From NCBI GenBank assembly GCA_036149055.1, contig JAYZQJ010000178.1:1-64000 (forward strand): a stretch of DNA of 64,000 bases, read 5' to 3'. Positions 52,270-61,335 of this stretch are shown here, in pieces (within the stretch, counting starts at the first letter, position 1; every line of letters begins with the position of its first letter). The position numbers and the translations under genes were made by a program. This DNA is from Myxococcota bacterium. Its GTDB lineage: Bacteria; Myxococcota_A; Polyangia; Polyangiales; Sandaracinaceae. The notes below the pieces were generated by a model that searched no databases, had not been told where the DNA came from, and worked only from the letters and a program-made list of their open reading frames with translations.

Positions 52270-53700
52270 ATGCCCGCTCGCCGCCTGGTCCGCCTCTCGG
52301 TCTCGCTTCTCGCGCTGGCGGTGGGGTGCGGCACGCCGCCGCCCCCGCCGGCGTCTCCGCGCCCCGTGGTCGCCGCTCCGTCACCGCGCGCGCCTCGGCC
52401 CGCGTGCCCCGCGGTCGCGTCCCCGGAGGGGCCGCCCGAGGCGCGCTCGCTCGCCCGGGTCGCCGAGCGTGCGTTCGAGGCGCTCCGCGCGGGCCGCTCG
52501 GTCGCCGGCCTCGGCCACCTCTCCATGCGCCAGCCCGGCCCCTCCGACCTCGTCTCCGTGCGCGCGCTCCGGCCCTGCCTCACGCGGGTCGAGCTGCGAG
52601 AGGGGCGCGCTCACCTCGAGGTTCGCGGGGCGGACGGGCCGCTCGGGGCGCTGGAGCTCACCGTGCTCCCCCGGCACGACGGGGGGTGGACGCTCCCGGA
52701 GGACCTGCCGCTCCGGGTGTTCGACCTCGACCGCCTGCGACGCGCTCGGGAGTGGCCGCGCGACCTCTCGATCGAGACCCGCCTTGCGTCCCGGGTGTCC
52801 TGGGTGGGCGCCCACGCGGATCGCCTGCTGTGCCTCCACTATCCGCCCGAGACCCGCTGCCTCTCCGGGCCGTTCGCGGACGTGGCGTCGGCGTCGACCT
52901 GGTTCGTGGACGACGGCCACGCCTGCCTGCAGACCTCGGCGGGCGACCAGTGGATCCTGCGCTGGTCCGACGGCCCCTTCCACCGCGGCCGCTGCGGCAG
53001 CCCGCCGACGCTCCTCGGGCCCGCCCCCGAGCTGCGCCCCGCGCGCCCGCCCTTCGACGCGGCGCTCCTGGCGGACCTCGGCGTGTCCCGGCACCCGGCG
53101 GGTCCCGTCCTCCTCGAGACCGAGACCGCCCGCCGCCTCTGCGTGGAGGACGGCTGCGTCGACGTCCCCGCGCCCGAAGAGGTGGCCGTCCGGACCGAGC
53201 TCGCCTTCGGCGGCGTCGGCCGTGACGAGGAGGGGGCGCGCTGGATCCTGCTCCGGCGGGTGCGGTCGGAGGGCGGCGCCGAGGTGTCGACCGGGCTCGA
53301 GACGCTGCTCGTGTACGAGCGGGGGGAGGGGCTCCGGCTCCGCGCCGCGCTCCGCCTCTCGCGGTGGCACTCCGAGCGCATCGATCACCTCGGTGGGGAA
53401 CGGTCGGTGTGGGACTCGCGGGTGGTCACTCACCCCGAGGTCTCGATCGACGCGACGGGCTGCCTGACGATCTCGGCCCAGCAGGCCAGCCGCCGCGTGA
53501 CCGACCGCTTCGACGCGGACGCGGCGCGGGAGCTCTCCGCGGACCCCACCGAGGCGGCGGGCGACCGGCTCGACGGGCGCGACGATCACGGTCTCCACGG
53601 CCCGTGGCCGCTGGATCTCTCGGGCACCTGGCGCGTCGCGCCCGAAGGGGGCCTCCGCCGGGTCGCGCGCTGCGACGAAGGCGCGGGTCAGCCGTCGTAG
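52270..53700 (+). CDS. Hypothetical lipoprotein
   Basis: Lipobox LAVGC followed by a Pro-rich linker; long ORF. Confidence 0.55.
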   Translation: MPARRLVRLSVSLLALAVGCGTPPPPPASPRPVVAAPSPRAPRPACPAVASPEGPPEARSLARVAERAFEALRAGRSVAGLGHLSMRQPGPSDLVSVRALRPCLTRVELREGRAHLEVRGADGPLGALELTVLPRHDGGWTLPEDLPLRVFDLDRLRRAREWPRDLSIETRLASRVSWVGAHADRLLCLHYPPETRCLSGPFADVASASTWFVDDGHACLQTSAGDQWILRWSDGPFHRGRCGSPPTLLGPAPELRPARPPFDAALLADLGVSRHPAGPVLLETETARRLCVEDGCVDVPAPEEVAVRTELAFGGVGRDEEGARWILLRRVRSEGGAEVSTGLETLLVYERGEGLRLRAALRLSRWHSERIDHLGGERSVWDSRVVTHPEVSIDATGCLTISAQQASRRVTDRFDADAARELSADPTEAAGDRLDGRDDHGLHGPWPLDLSGTWRVAPEGGLRRVARCDEGAGQPS

Positions 53701-55661
53701 TCGAAGGTCCGGCTCGCGGCGCCTCCGCCGGGGGCGTCGCGGAGGTGCCAGGTGATGCCCCGGAGCACCCCGACGGTGTCGACCCCGTCGCCGTCCCAGT
53801 CGCCGAAGACGTGCACGTCGCTCGCCGACCCGAACGCGTAGCTCACGTCGGCGGGCCCCGAGGCGTTCGCGTTGCGGAGCAGCACCATGTTGCCGCGCAC
53901 CACGCCGATCGTGTCGACGCCGTCGCCGTCCCAGTCGCCCGCCACGTGGCGATCGCCCGCGCTGCCGTAGCGGAAGCGCGTCTCTCCGCCGCGGTCGTCC
54001 CGGAGGTGCACCTCGCCGCCGCGCACGTAGCCCGCGGTGTCGACGCCGTCGCCGTCCCAGTCGCCGAGGAGGAACTGGTCGCCCGCCGCGCCGAAGCCGA
54101 AGCTGCCGCCGCCCCGGACGAACCAGGTCCCGCCGCGGACCGCCACCGCCTCGTCGACGCCGTCCCCGTCGAGGTCGCCGGCGAGGTGCACGTCGCTCGC
54201 GCTCGCCCACTCGAAGACCCGGTCGTACCCGCCCGCGCTCGCGTCGTCTCGCAGGTACCAGGAATTGCCCGTCATCGCGCCGAGGCCATCGGCGCCGTCG
54301 CCGTCCCAGTCTCCGACCACCGCGCCGTCCAGGGGCGCCCAGCGCCCGTAGGCCTCGGCCGCGCCGCTCGGGCGGAAGCCTTCGCACGTGTCGGTCCGGT
54401 CGAAGCCGGGGCTCACCGGGAAGCGCTGGTCGCGTCGGGTCGGCCGGGTGAAGCTGCGCCCCGCGGGCACCACGCAGCTCGGGGAGCCGGCCGGCTCGTA
54501 GTAGGAGTCGAACACGTCCGCGCCGCCCCCGAGGTTCTCGAGCAGCGCGTTGCCCGTCCCGTAGAGGCAGTAGCCCTGCACGTTCTGGGTCCCGCTCGGC
54601 CACGCCCGCGTCGCGCGCGAGAAGAGGTTGCGGCGGAGCACGATCGACGCGCTGCCGTCCACGAGGCGGACGTTGTAGCGCGCGTCGTGGAAGGTGTTGA
54701 AGCGCATCGTCACGTCGTTCGGGTCGGGGTGCGACGGGTTGCCGGCGCCGACCTTCACGTTGGTCCCGTTCGGAGCGCCCCACACGACGTTGCGCTCGAA
54801 GAAGCCGTCGCGGCCGCGGTCGCCGAAGTTCATGTAGACGTCGTGGTCCTGGTCGGCCCCGTGCACCGAGCCGTTGTCGTGCACGCAGTTGCCGAGGAAG
54901 CGCCAGTCCGAGGGCTCGCCGTCGTAGGCGCGCCCGCCGCCGATCGTCACCGCCGCGTAGCCGCGCGCGTCCCAGATCTCCGCGTCGCGGTACACCCACC
55001 CGCGCCCGTCGCGGAGCTGCAGCAGATCGCCGTCCCCGCTCGTCGCCGGATCGCGGGTCACGTTCACCCCGGCGAAGCGCCAGTGGAAAGGCCGCCGCAG
55101 CACCAGCCGCCCGCGCACCACCGGGCGCTCGCCGTCGTAGGCCGCCACCGTGATCGGGTCCTCCTCGGTCCCCCGGGTGAGCGGCACGTCGACCACCTCC
55201 CGATAGTCGCCGCCGCGCACCCAGAGCCGATCTCCGGCCGTCAGCACCGAGAGCGCGTGGGCCAGCGTGCCGAACGGCCGGTCGCGCGTCCCGAGGTCCC
55301 CGTCGTCGCCGCCCGGCGCCACGAAGTACACGCCGTCCGGCGCGCAGCCGCCGCCGTCGCAGCGCTCCCCGTCCAGGCAGACGCCGCAGGACCCGCCGCA
55401 GCCGTCGTCCCCGCAGCTCCGCGCCGCGCAGCGGGGGTCGCATCGCCCCGCGTCCACCGTGCCGCCGTCGCTCCTGCCGCCGTCCGGCGAGCGCCCCGCG
55501 TCGTCCACCGCGAAGGCCGCGTCGATCGGGCCGCCGTCCACGCGCGCTGCGTCGACTCGACCTCCGTCGGTCCGCTCGACGCGCGGTCCACCGTCGGGCG
55601 CGAGAGCTCGGCCGTCGCAGGCACACAGGGTCAGGGCGAGGAGCAGCGGACGGGCGGGCAC
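53688..55661 (-). CDS. Lipoprotein with right-handed beta-helix domain and five GD(W/L)DGDG (FG-GAP-like) repeats
   Basis: YFVAPGGDDGDLGTRDRPFGT...VRGGDYRE beta-helix entry; C-terminal GDWDGDGVDT repeats. Confidence 0.75.
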   Translation of the reverse strand: MPARPLLLALTLCACDGRALAPDGGPRVERTDGGRVDAARVDGGPIDAAFAVDDAGRSPDGGRSDGGTVDAGRCDPRCAARSCGDDGCGGSCGVCLDGERCDGGGCAPDGVYFVAPGGDDGDLGTRDRPFGTLAHALSVLTAGDRLWVRGGDYREVVDVPLTRGTEEDPITVAAYDGERPVVRGRLVLRRPFHWRFAGVNVTRDPATSGDGDLLQLRDGRGWVYRDAEIWDARGYAAVTIGGGRAYDGEPSDWRFLGNCVHDNGSVHGADQDHDVYMNFGDRGRDGFFERNVVWGAPNGTNVKVGAGNPSHPDPNDVTMRFNTFHDARYNVRLVDGSASIVLRRNLFSRATRAWPSGTQNVQGYCLYGTGNALLENLGGGADVFDSYYEPAGSPSCVVPAGRSFTRPTRRDQRFPVSPGFDRTDTCEGFRPSGAAEAYGRWAPLDGAVVGDWDGDGADGLGAMTGNSWYLRDDASAGGYDRVFEWASASDVHLAGDLDGDGVDEAVAVRGGTWFVRGGGSFGFGAAGDQFLLGDWDGDGVDTAGYVRGGEVHLRDDRGGETRFRYGSAGDRHVAGDWDGDGVDTIGVVRGNMVLLRNANASGPADVSYAFGSASDVHVFGDWDGDGVDTVGVLRGITWHLRDAPGGGAASRTFDYDG

Positions 55662-55677
55662 GCCCCATCATGCCAGA

Positions 55678-57297
55678 TCACGGCGCCCGCAGCGGGACGC
55701 GGTGGAGCACACGCGTGCCGTCCCGGACCAGCAGCCAGCGCCCGGCGAGGCGCTCGTGTCCGCCGGCGTTCACCTGAAAGCGAATGGCTCCGTCGCGCCA
55801 GCGCAGCGGGAGCTGATGGGCGAGCTCGTCCGCGTCGCGAGGGTCCGCCGCGTCCGAGAGCACGAGGTGCAGCGCGCTCGTCCGATCGAAGTAGAGCTCC
55901 CCGAGATCAGCGTAGACCTCGCCGTGCTCGTTGCCGGAGACGTCGACCCCGAGCCGCCCGATCGTGAAGCCGCCGCGGAACGGCACCCCGCTCTCCTCGA
56001 CCGCGCCGCCCCGGCGGGCGGGCTCGGTCTCGGTGATCCGGAAGGCGGCGGCTATGTCGTCGAGCGGCCGACCCTCGTAGCGCGGGGCGCCGTGGAGAAA
56101 GGTTTGGATCATCGACGGCTCGCTCCGGTCCACCATCATCTCGTAGCGGCGCCAGACCTCGCGCGGGATGCGCTCCTCCACGTGCCTGGCGTGCCGTACG
56201 ACGTGCTCACCAGACCCGCTCACGCCGAACACCGCGATCCGGTCGATCTCGCCGGCCCCGTCGTGGTCGTGGCCGTTCAAGATCACCTGCAGGTGCATGC
56301 CGTTCGTCCAGGTGATGGCCACGCCCGGCTCCGGCTGGCCGGTGGTCGGAATGCGCGGGTGATGCGTGCGGAAGAGCTTGTGGGACGTCGAGCCGAACTC
56401 GACTCGCTCCACGACGCCTTCGACGCCGCTCTCCTGCAGGACGAAGCGCTCGCCCACCGCGGCGCCGCCGAAGATGACCTGGGAGTCGTCGTCGAACACG
56501 AAGCTGAGCACGCGCGCCCCCGGGTCGACCCGGAGGAGCCGGCCGGTCGGGTTCCGCTGTCCGTACGCCTCGGTGTCCGGAAAGTGGATCGCCTCGCCCA
56601 GCGGCCGCGGCCACTCGCCCGAGGGCACCGCCGCGCTCAGCTCGCCGGTGGTGACGCGCACGACGTAGCGTCGATAGGCGGTCGGGTCGTGGGTCCACCG
56701 CGCCCACCAGGCGAGCACGCCCCGGTCGAGCGGCGCGGCGTGACCGACGAGCGGCACCGGGCCTCCGATCGCGCCGCCGAGCGTGTGGCGGGAGCCGTCG
56801 CGGGGAGGCTCGAGGTGCAGGTGACCCTCGACCCGCGGGTGCCTGGGCTCCGATCGGTCCATCGTCACGCCGGCGGTGGAGGCCCACGGCGAGTCGGGAT
56901 CGTCGCAGGGGTTCGACGGCGACGCGTGGCAGCTCAGCGGCGCGCCGTCTTCGTGACGAACGAAGTGGTCGCTTGGGACGCCGTTGAAGCGCAGGTCGTC
57001 GCCCATCATCCAGATCGACGGGACGGCGTCGTCGATGGCGCCGGCCGGCACCTCGGGGTTGATCTTCTCACCGAGGCCACCGACCTCGAGGGTGACGATC
57101 TCGCCGTGCGCGAGGCACCCCGAGACGCCGTCGGCGACGACCGGGCACCCCTCGACGGCGGCGTCGGGCGGCGCCGCGTCCTCCTGCTGCGCGTCCCGTT
57201 CGGGGCGTGCAGCGTCGACGTGGCCCGCGTCGGTCGGGACCGGCGAGCTGCAAGCCGTGAGCACGATCGGCGCGAGGAGCGCGAGCTGTCGAATCAT
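55678..57297 (-). CDS. Hypothetical lipoprotein
   Basis: Lipobox VLTAC, DAG/DAA linker; TACGCT 6 nt upstream. Confidence 0.6.
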   Translation of the reverse strand: MIRQLALLAPIVLTACSSPVPTDAGHVDAARPERDAQQEDAAPPDAAVEGCPVVADGVSGCLAHGEIVTLEVGGLGEKINPEVPAGAIDDAVPSIWMMGDDLRFNGVPSDHFVRHEDGAPLSCHASPSNPCDDPDSPWASTAGVTMDRSEPRHPRVEGHLHLEPPRDGSRHTLGGAIGGPVPLVGHAAPLDRGVLAWWARWTHDPTAYRRYVVRVTTGELSAAVPSGEWPRPLGEAIHFPDTEAYGQRNPTGRLLRVDPGARVLSFVFDDDSQVIFGGAAVGERFVLQESGVEGVVERVEFGSTSHKLFRTHHPRIPTTGQPEPGVAITWTNGMHLQVILNGHDHDGAGEIDRIAVFGVSGSGEHVVRHARHVEERIPREVWRRYEMMVDRSEPSMIQTFLHGAPRYEGRPLDDIAAAFRITETEPARRGGAVEESGVPFRGGFTIGRLGVDVSGNEHGEVYADLGELYFDRTSALHLVLSDAADPRDADELAHQLPLRWRDGAIRFQVNAGGHERLAGRWLLVRDGTRVLHRVPLRAP

Positions 57298-57342
57298 CCC
57301 GCGAGCGTAGCGCTCGAGCTCGACGCGTCGCCGAGCTTCGGC

Positions 57343-57936
57343 TTACTCCGGCTTTCCGCGCAGCCCGAGGATCCCGACCACGCCGGCCAGCGCGAAGAGC
57401 GCGAGGTGGGTGAGCTCGCCCGCCGGTCGAAAGAGCGCGTCCGTCAGCGCGAGCGCCTGGGTCGCGACGGCGAGGAACGCGACCCCGCTCGTCACGAGCG
57501 CGAGGTGGCGGCGACCCGCGCGCGCCGCAACCTCGTAGGCGCACGCCCCAACCGCGAGCGCGAGCGGGAGCAGCACCATCGGCCGCGTCGTGTCCCAGAG
57601 ATCGGCCACCTCGGTCAGCCGTCCGAGCGCCACCGCGCCGAAGACCAGCAGCGTCGATCCGATCGCGCCCATCGTCGGCCCGGTGCGCCGGTCCCTCGCG
57701 AGCCCCACCGCGGCCGCGAGGAGCAGCGCGGTCACCGCGAGCAGCGCCGCCTCGGAGGCCTGCGTCCAGCTCGCGTAGCGCGCCATCACCTCGGTCGGCG
57801 ACACCGCCCCCGCGTCGCGCAGCTCCGCGGCCCGCACCGCCGCGTCGACGCGCCGCCGCCACACCTCCAGCGCGACGCTCGACCCGATCCGCGCCACCGC
57901 GGCCGCGATCAAGAGTCCAGGGACGATCCTATTCAT
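57343..57936 (-). CDS. Hypothetical multi-pass membrane protein
   Basis: About six hydrophobic segments. Confidence 0.55.
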   Translation of the reverse strand: MNRIVPGLLIAAAVARIGSSVALEVWRRRVDAAVRAAELRDAGAVSPTEVMARYASWTQASEAALLAVTALLLAAAVGLARDRRTGPTMGAIGSTLLVFGAVALGRLTEVADLWDTTRPMVLLPLALAVGACAYEVAARAGRRHLALVTSGVAFLAVATQALALTDALFRPAGELTHLALFALAGVVGILGLRGKPE

Positions 57937-58022
57937 TCATCGATCTCGACCCGAGCGCTATCCCGGCGTCGACCCGATGTCGACCGCCCTCGACGAGCCA
58001 GGTCGTCAGCCGCCCGCTCGGA

Positions 58023-58790
58023 TCACGGTGCGGCCCTCGTGACGTGCTCCTCCGGGCGAATGCGGAAGCCCTCACACCGGAGCTCGCCGTGCGCCGCGGG
58101 GCGGCAACGGCCGTGGAACGCCTCCTCGATGTCGGCGCGCGTCGTGTAGTGGGCGATCGTGAAGTCACGGAAGCAGACGCCGCCCTGGCTCAGATGCCCC
58201 CTGTCGAAGTCACGCGCGTCCGCGAAGCCCTCGCAGCGCGGTGTGCGGTCGGCATACGAGTTGCCCGCCCGGACGTGCAGCTGCCGCGGGGAGGTCGACA
58301 GGTGCACTCCCGGGCGACAGGCGACCGTCACGTGGAGCCCGTCGCGGCTCTCCTCGCCCAAGGGCCCGTGCGGGTAGCGTCTCGGGTGGGTGCAGCGACC
58401 CGGGCTCAGAGCTTGGCCGATCTCGGCCAGCGCCAGCCACGCGCCACGGTGACGCGGGAACTCCATCGTCAGTCCCTCTCGCGTCACCCGCGCCAGCTCG
58501 GCGTCACCGAAGAAGGCGCGCGGCGTCTCGGTGCCCCAGCCCGTGAGCCTGGGCGGTGCGTCGCAGCGCTCGCTCGCGGTGCTCGCGGAGAGTCGCTCGC
58601 CCGCGAGCTGATAGCTGCACGCCTCGACCCGGTCGGCGCGTCGAGTGACGTGGACCACGATCAGGCCGCGGCCGAAGACGACGTGCTCGACGTCGTCGAC
58701 GGTGCCGCGGAAGGCCTCGAATTCTTGGGCGTGGGCGACCCCGGCCGAGCTCGCCAAGGCCAGCGTGAGCAGCGCGCGCGCGATCATCAC
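58023..58790 (-). CDS. Hypothetical secreted protein
   Basis: Signal peptide ending AHA; scattered Cys pairs. Confidence 0.55.
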   Translation of the reverse strand: MMIARALLTLALASSAGVAHAQEFEAFRGTVDDVEHVVFGRGLIVVHVTRRADRVEACSYQLAGERLSASTASERCDAPPRLTGWGTETPRAFFGDAELARVTREGLTMEFPRHRGAWLALAEIGQALSPGRCTHPRRYPHGPLGEESRDGLHVTVACRPGVHLSTSPRQLHVRAGNSYADRTPRCEGFADARDFDRGHLSQGGVCFRDFTIAHYTTRADIEEAFHGRCRPAAHGELRCEGFRIRPEEHVTRAAP

Positions 58791-58875
58791 GGAGGTATAC
58801 GTGGCGCGCCGCCAGAGTCACCCCGCCTCTGCAGGCGCCCGTGGCCCCGCCGGCGCCGACCGATGTCGACCGCGC

Positions 58876-60354
58876 TCAGCGCCGCCGCCGCCAGAGCGCG
58901 AGCGCGAGCGCGGCGAAGAGGATCGCGAGAGGCGAGCCGCCGCGGCCGACCACGCGACAGCCGCAGCCGCTCGTGACCTCGCCCGCGCCGCCGCCGTCCG
59001 CGGAGCCGGAGCCGGAGTCGGAGTCGAGCTCGCCGCCGTCGCCCGGCGCCGAGGGATCCACGCACCCACCGGCCCGGCAGATCTGACCGCTCGGGCAGAC
59101 CGCGCCCTCGCACGGGTCGACGCACGCGCCGTCGCGGCAGATGTTCGGCGCGTCGCAGGTCACGTCCGCGCAGCCCGCGCTCACGCAGGTCCCCGCGCCG
59201 CCGCACTCGGAGCCCGCCCCGCACGGCCGACACTCGCAGGTCTGCACGCAGACGCCGGCCTCGCAGACCCGGCCGTCCTCGCAGATCACGCCCGCGCAGG
59301 CGTCCACGCAGACCCCCGCGCGGCACACCTGCTCGCCCGGGCACACCACGCCCTCGCAGGCGCCGACGCACGCGCCGTCCAGGCAGCGCTCGCCCGGCCC
59401 GCACTCGACGTCGACGCACGCCGTCTCCACGCAGAGCCCGTCGGCGCAGCTCTGGCCTTCGCCGCACCCGCCCTCGAAGCAGCTCGCCACGCACACGCCG
59501 CGATCGCAGGCCTCGGCGGCGCCGCAGAGCGCCTCGCCCTCGTCCACCGCGCCGTCGCAGTCGTTGTCGATGGCGTCGCAGGTCTCGTCGGCGGGGCTCG
59601 TCACCTCGCGGCACGAGAGCCCGCCGCCCGGCTCGCACTCGGTCAGGCCGACCGCGCAGGCGCCCATCGCCTCCGGCACCTCGCAGGCCTCGCCCGCGCC
59701 AGCGCAGCTGAGCCCGGTGAAGAAGAAGACGTCGTCGTTGTAGTCGCCGTCGTTGCTCCAACCGCTGCTGCTGGTGTTTCCGTCCTCGAAGGCGATGTAC
59801 CAGCCGTCGGGGCTGACCGTGGACCGGTAGCTCAGGCTGAGGATCCAGGGCCCGGGGCTGCCCGCGCAGGGTCCACTGTTGCACACCGTGTTCCACTGGG
59901 CCTCGGTGAAGTGGGCCGGGCTGCGCATCAGCGCGAAGCCGACGAGCCCGCCGAGGTACCGCGGGTCGTCGCGGATGCTGGTGCCGCTGATCGTGGTGCC
60001 GAGCGGCGCGCCCGCCGGGATGACCTCGTAGATCTCGGCCGCGGTCGGCGCGGTCGTCGCGCCGGGGACGACGTTGTACCAGCCGACCCCGTACTGGAAC
60101 CTCGCCTCGTTCAGGACGAAGGACGCCGTGAACTCGCAGAGCGGCGAGAAGGTGTTCGGGGTGGCGCTCGCGTCGGCGACGAAGTCGATCGACTCGCCGC
60201 GGTCCGCGAAGAGCTCGTGGAGCTGCGTCTCGACGCGCCCGGAGTCGATGGGCACCACCATCCCGTTGGGCTGCATCACCTGCGCGTGCGCGGACGCGGA
60301 GGCGAGCATCGACGAGACCAGGACGGCGAGCGAGAGGGAGCGGAGGGTCACCAT
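58876..60354 (-). CDS. Cell-surface protein: DUF4114-like N-domain, Cys-rich repeats, MYXO-CTERM
   Basis: IAFEDG...DGDYNDDVF; ETCDAIDNDCDGAVDE; C.GV.C..G..C..G.CVD repeats; SGCGCRV...LALWRRRR. Confidence 0.8.
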   Translation of the reverse strand: MVTLRSLSLAVLVSSMLASASAHAQVMQPNGMVVPIDSGRVETQLHELFADRGESIDFVADASATPNTFSPLCEFTASFVLNEARFQYGVGWYNVVPGATTAPTAAEIYEVIPAGAPLGTTISGTSIRDDPRYLGGLVGFALMRSPAHFTEAQWNTVCNSGPCAGSPGPWILSLSYRSTVSPDGWYIAFEDGNTSSSGWSNDGDYNDDVFFFTGLSCAGAGEACEVPEAMGACAVGLTECEPGGGLSCREVTSPADETCDAIDNDCDGAVDEGEALCGAAEACDRGVCVASCFEGGCGEGQSCADGLCVETACVDVECGPGERCLDGACVGACEGVVCPGEQVCRAGVCVDACAGVICEDGRVCEAGVCVQTCECRPCGAGSECGGAGTCVSAGCADVTCDAPNICRDGACVDPCEGAVCPSGQICRAGGCVDPSAPGDGGELDSDSGSGSADGGGAGEVTSGCGCRVVGRGGSPLAILFAALALALWRRRR

Positions 60355-60495
60355 GTTGGGATGGTACACGCCGTGCGTGACACTGGGGGACGATTCCGTG
60401 TCGAGTCAGCGCTCTCCGTCAGTCGCCCGCGCTCGCGTCCGTCCAGGGGCGCGCTCGCTCCACTTCGGGCGGAGCGCTATCCTGGAGCAGATCCG

Positions 60496-60738
60496 ATGTC
60501 GACCGACGACCTGACCCTCGAAGTCCTGAAGCAGATCCGCGACGAGATCATCGGCACCCGCCGCGATCTCGGCGCTCGCATCGATCAGACGAACGAGCGC
60601 CTCGACCAGACGAACGAGCGCCTCGACTCGACGAACCATCGCCTCTCTGCCGTCGAGACCACGCTGCTCGATCTGGCGGAGCAGCAGCGCTTCGTCGTCC
60701 GCCACCTGGGCACGCTCTCGGCGCGAGATCGCGGCTGA
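60496..60738 (+). CDS. Small coiled-coil protein with DQTNERL heptad repeats
   Basis: GGAG RBS; 21-bp tandem units encoding IDQTNERLDQTNERLDSTNHRL. Confidence 0.65.
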   Translation: MSTDDLTLEVLKQIRDEIIGTRRDLGARIDQTNERLDQTNERLDSTNHRLSAVETTLLDLAEQQRFVVRHLGTLSARDRG

Positions 60739-60741
60739 GCG

Positions 60742-61335
60742 TCAGAAGCTGCCGGCGACGCCGATCGTGGCTCCGCCGGCGGCCGGGGCGAGGAAGGGGA
60801 GCACGGCGGTCTGCCGCTCGCGCGGGCGGTCTTCGTAGAGCAGCACCGCGTAGAGAGGTGTGAGGAAGGCTTGCGTCAGCGCGCCCAGGCCGGCGCCGAT
60901 CATCAGGCCCCACGCGCGCCCGAGGCCCCAGGTGTTGCCGCTCTCGTCGACGGCGATCCCCACCAGCGTGGAGAGGCCGAAGACCGCGAGGTTGCTCGCG
61001 AGGCCGAGACCGTAGACCGGCAGCGCCTCGAGGAAGTCGAGGCCCGCGCCGAGCGCGACGCCGGGGCCCGGGCCGATTACGAAACCGAGCGCGCCGCCGA
61101 CCGCCAGGCCGCCGAGGGCTCCGGCCGCGCAGCCCACGTCGCGCTGCACGCTGCAGCCGACGGCGAGGCCACCGAGCGCGCCGAGCGCGCCGCCCGAGCC
61201 CACCGCGACGCCGGTGGCCGCCCACGTGCCGGCGAGCGCGTCGACGTAGCGGTCGGAGAGGCTCCGCGCCGACTGGGCCGACGCGAGGGAGGGCGCGGCG
61301 AGCAGGAGCGAGGCGACGAGGAGCGCGCGCATCAT
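60742..61335 (-). CDS. Hypothetical Gly-rich membrane/secreted protein
   Basis: Signal peptide; Gly-zipper-like hydrophobic segments; ends GVAGSF; ATGA overlap with the lipase gene. Confidence 0.6.
   Translation of the reverse strand: MMRALLVASLLLAAPSLASAQSARSLSDRYVDALAGTWAATGVAVGSGGALGALGGLAVGCSVQRDVGCAAGALGGLAVGGALGFVIGPGPGVALGAGLDFLEALPVYGLGLASNLAVFGLSTLVGIAVDESGNTWGLGRAWGLMIGAGLGALTQAFLTPLYAVLLYEDRPRERQTAVLPFLAPAAGGATIGVAGSF

Noticed and set aside
58876..60354. TraA kin-recognition receptor
   Set aside because: It shares the Cys-rich stalk and MYXO-CTERM, but there is no adjacent OmpA-domain traB gene and no recognisable PA14-like domain.
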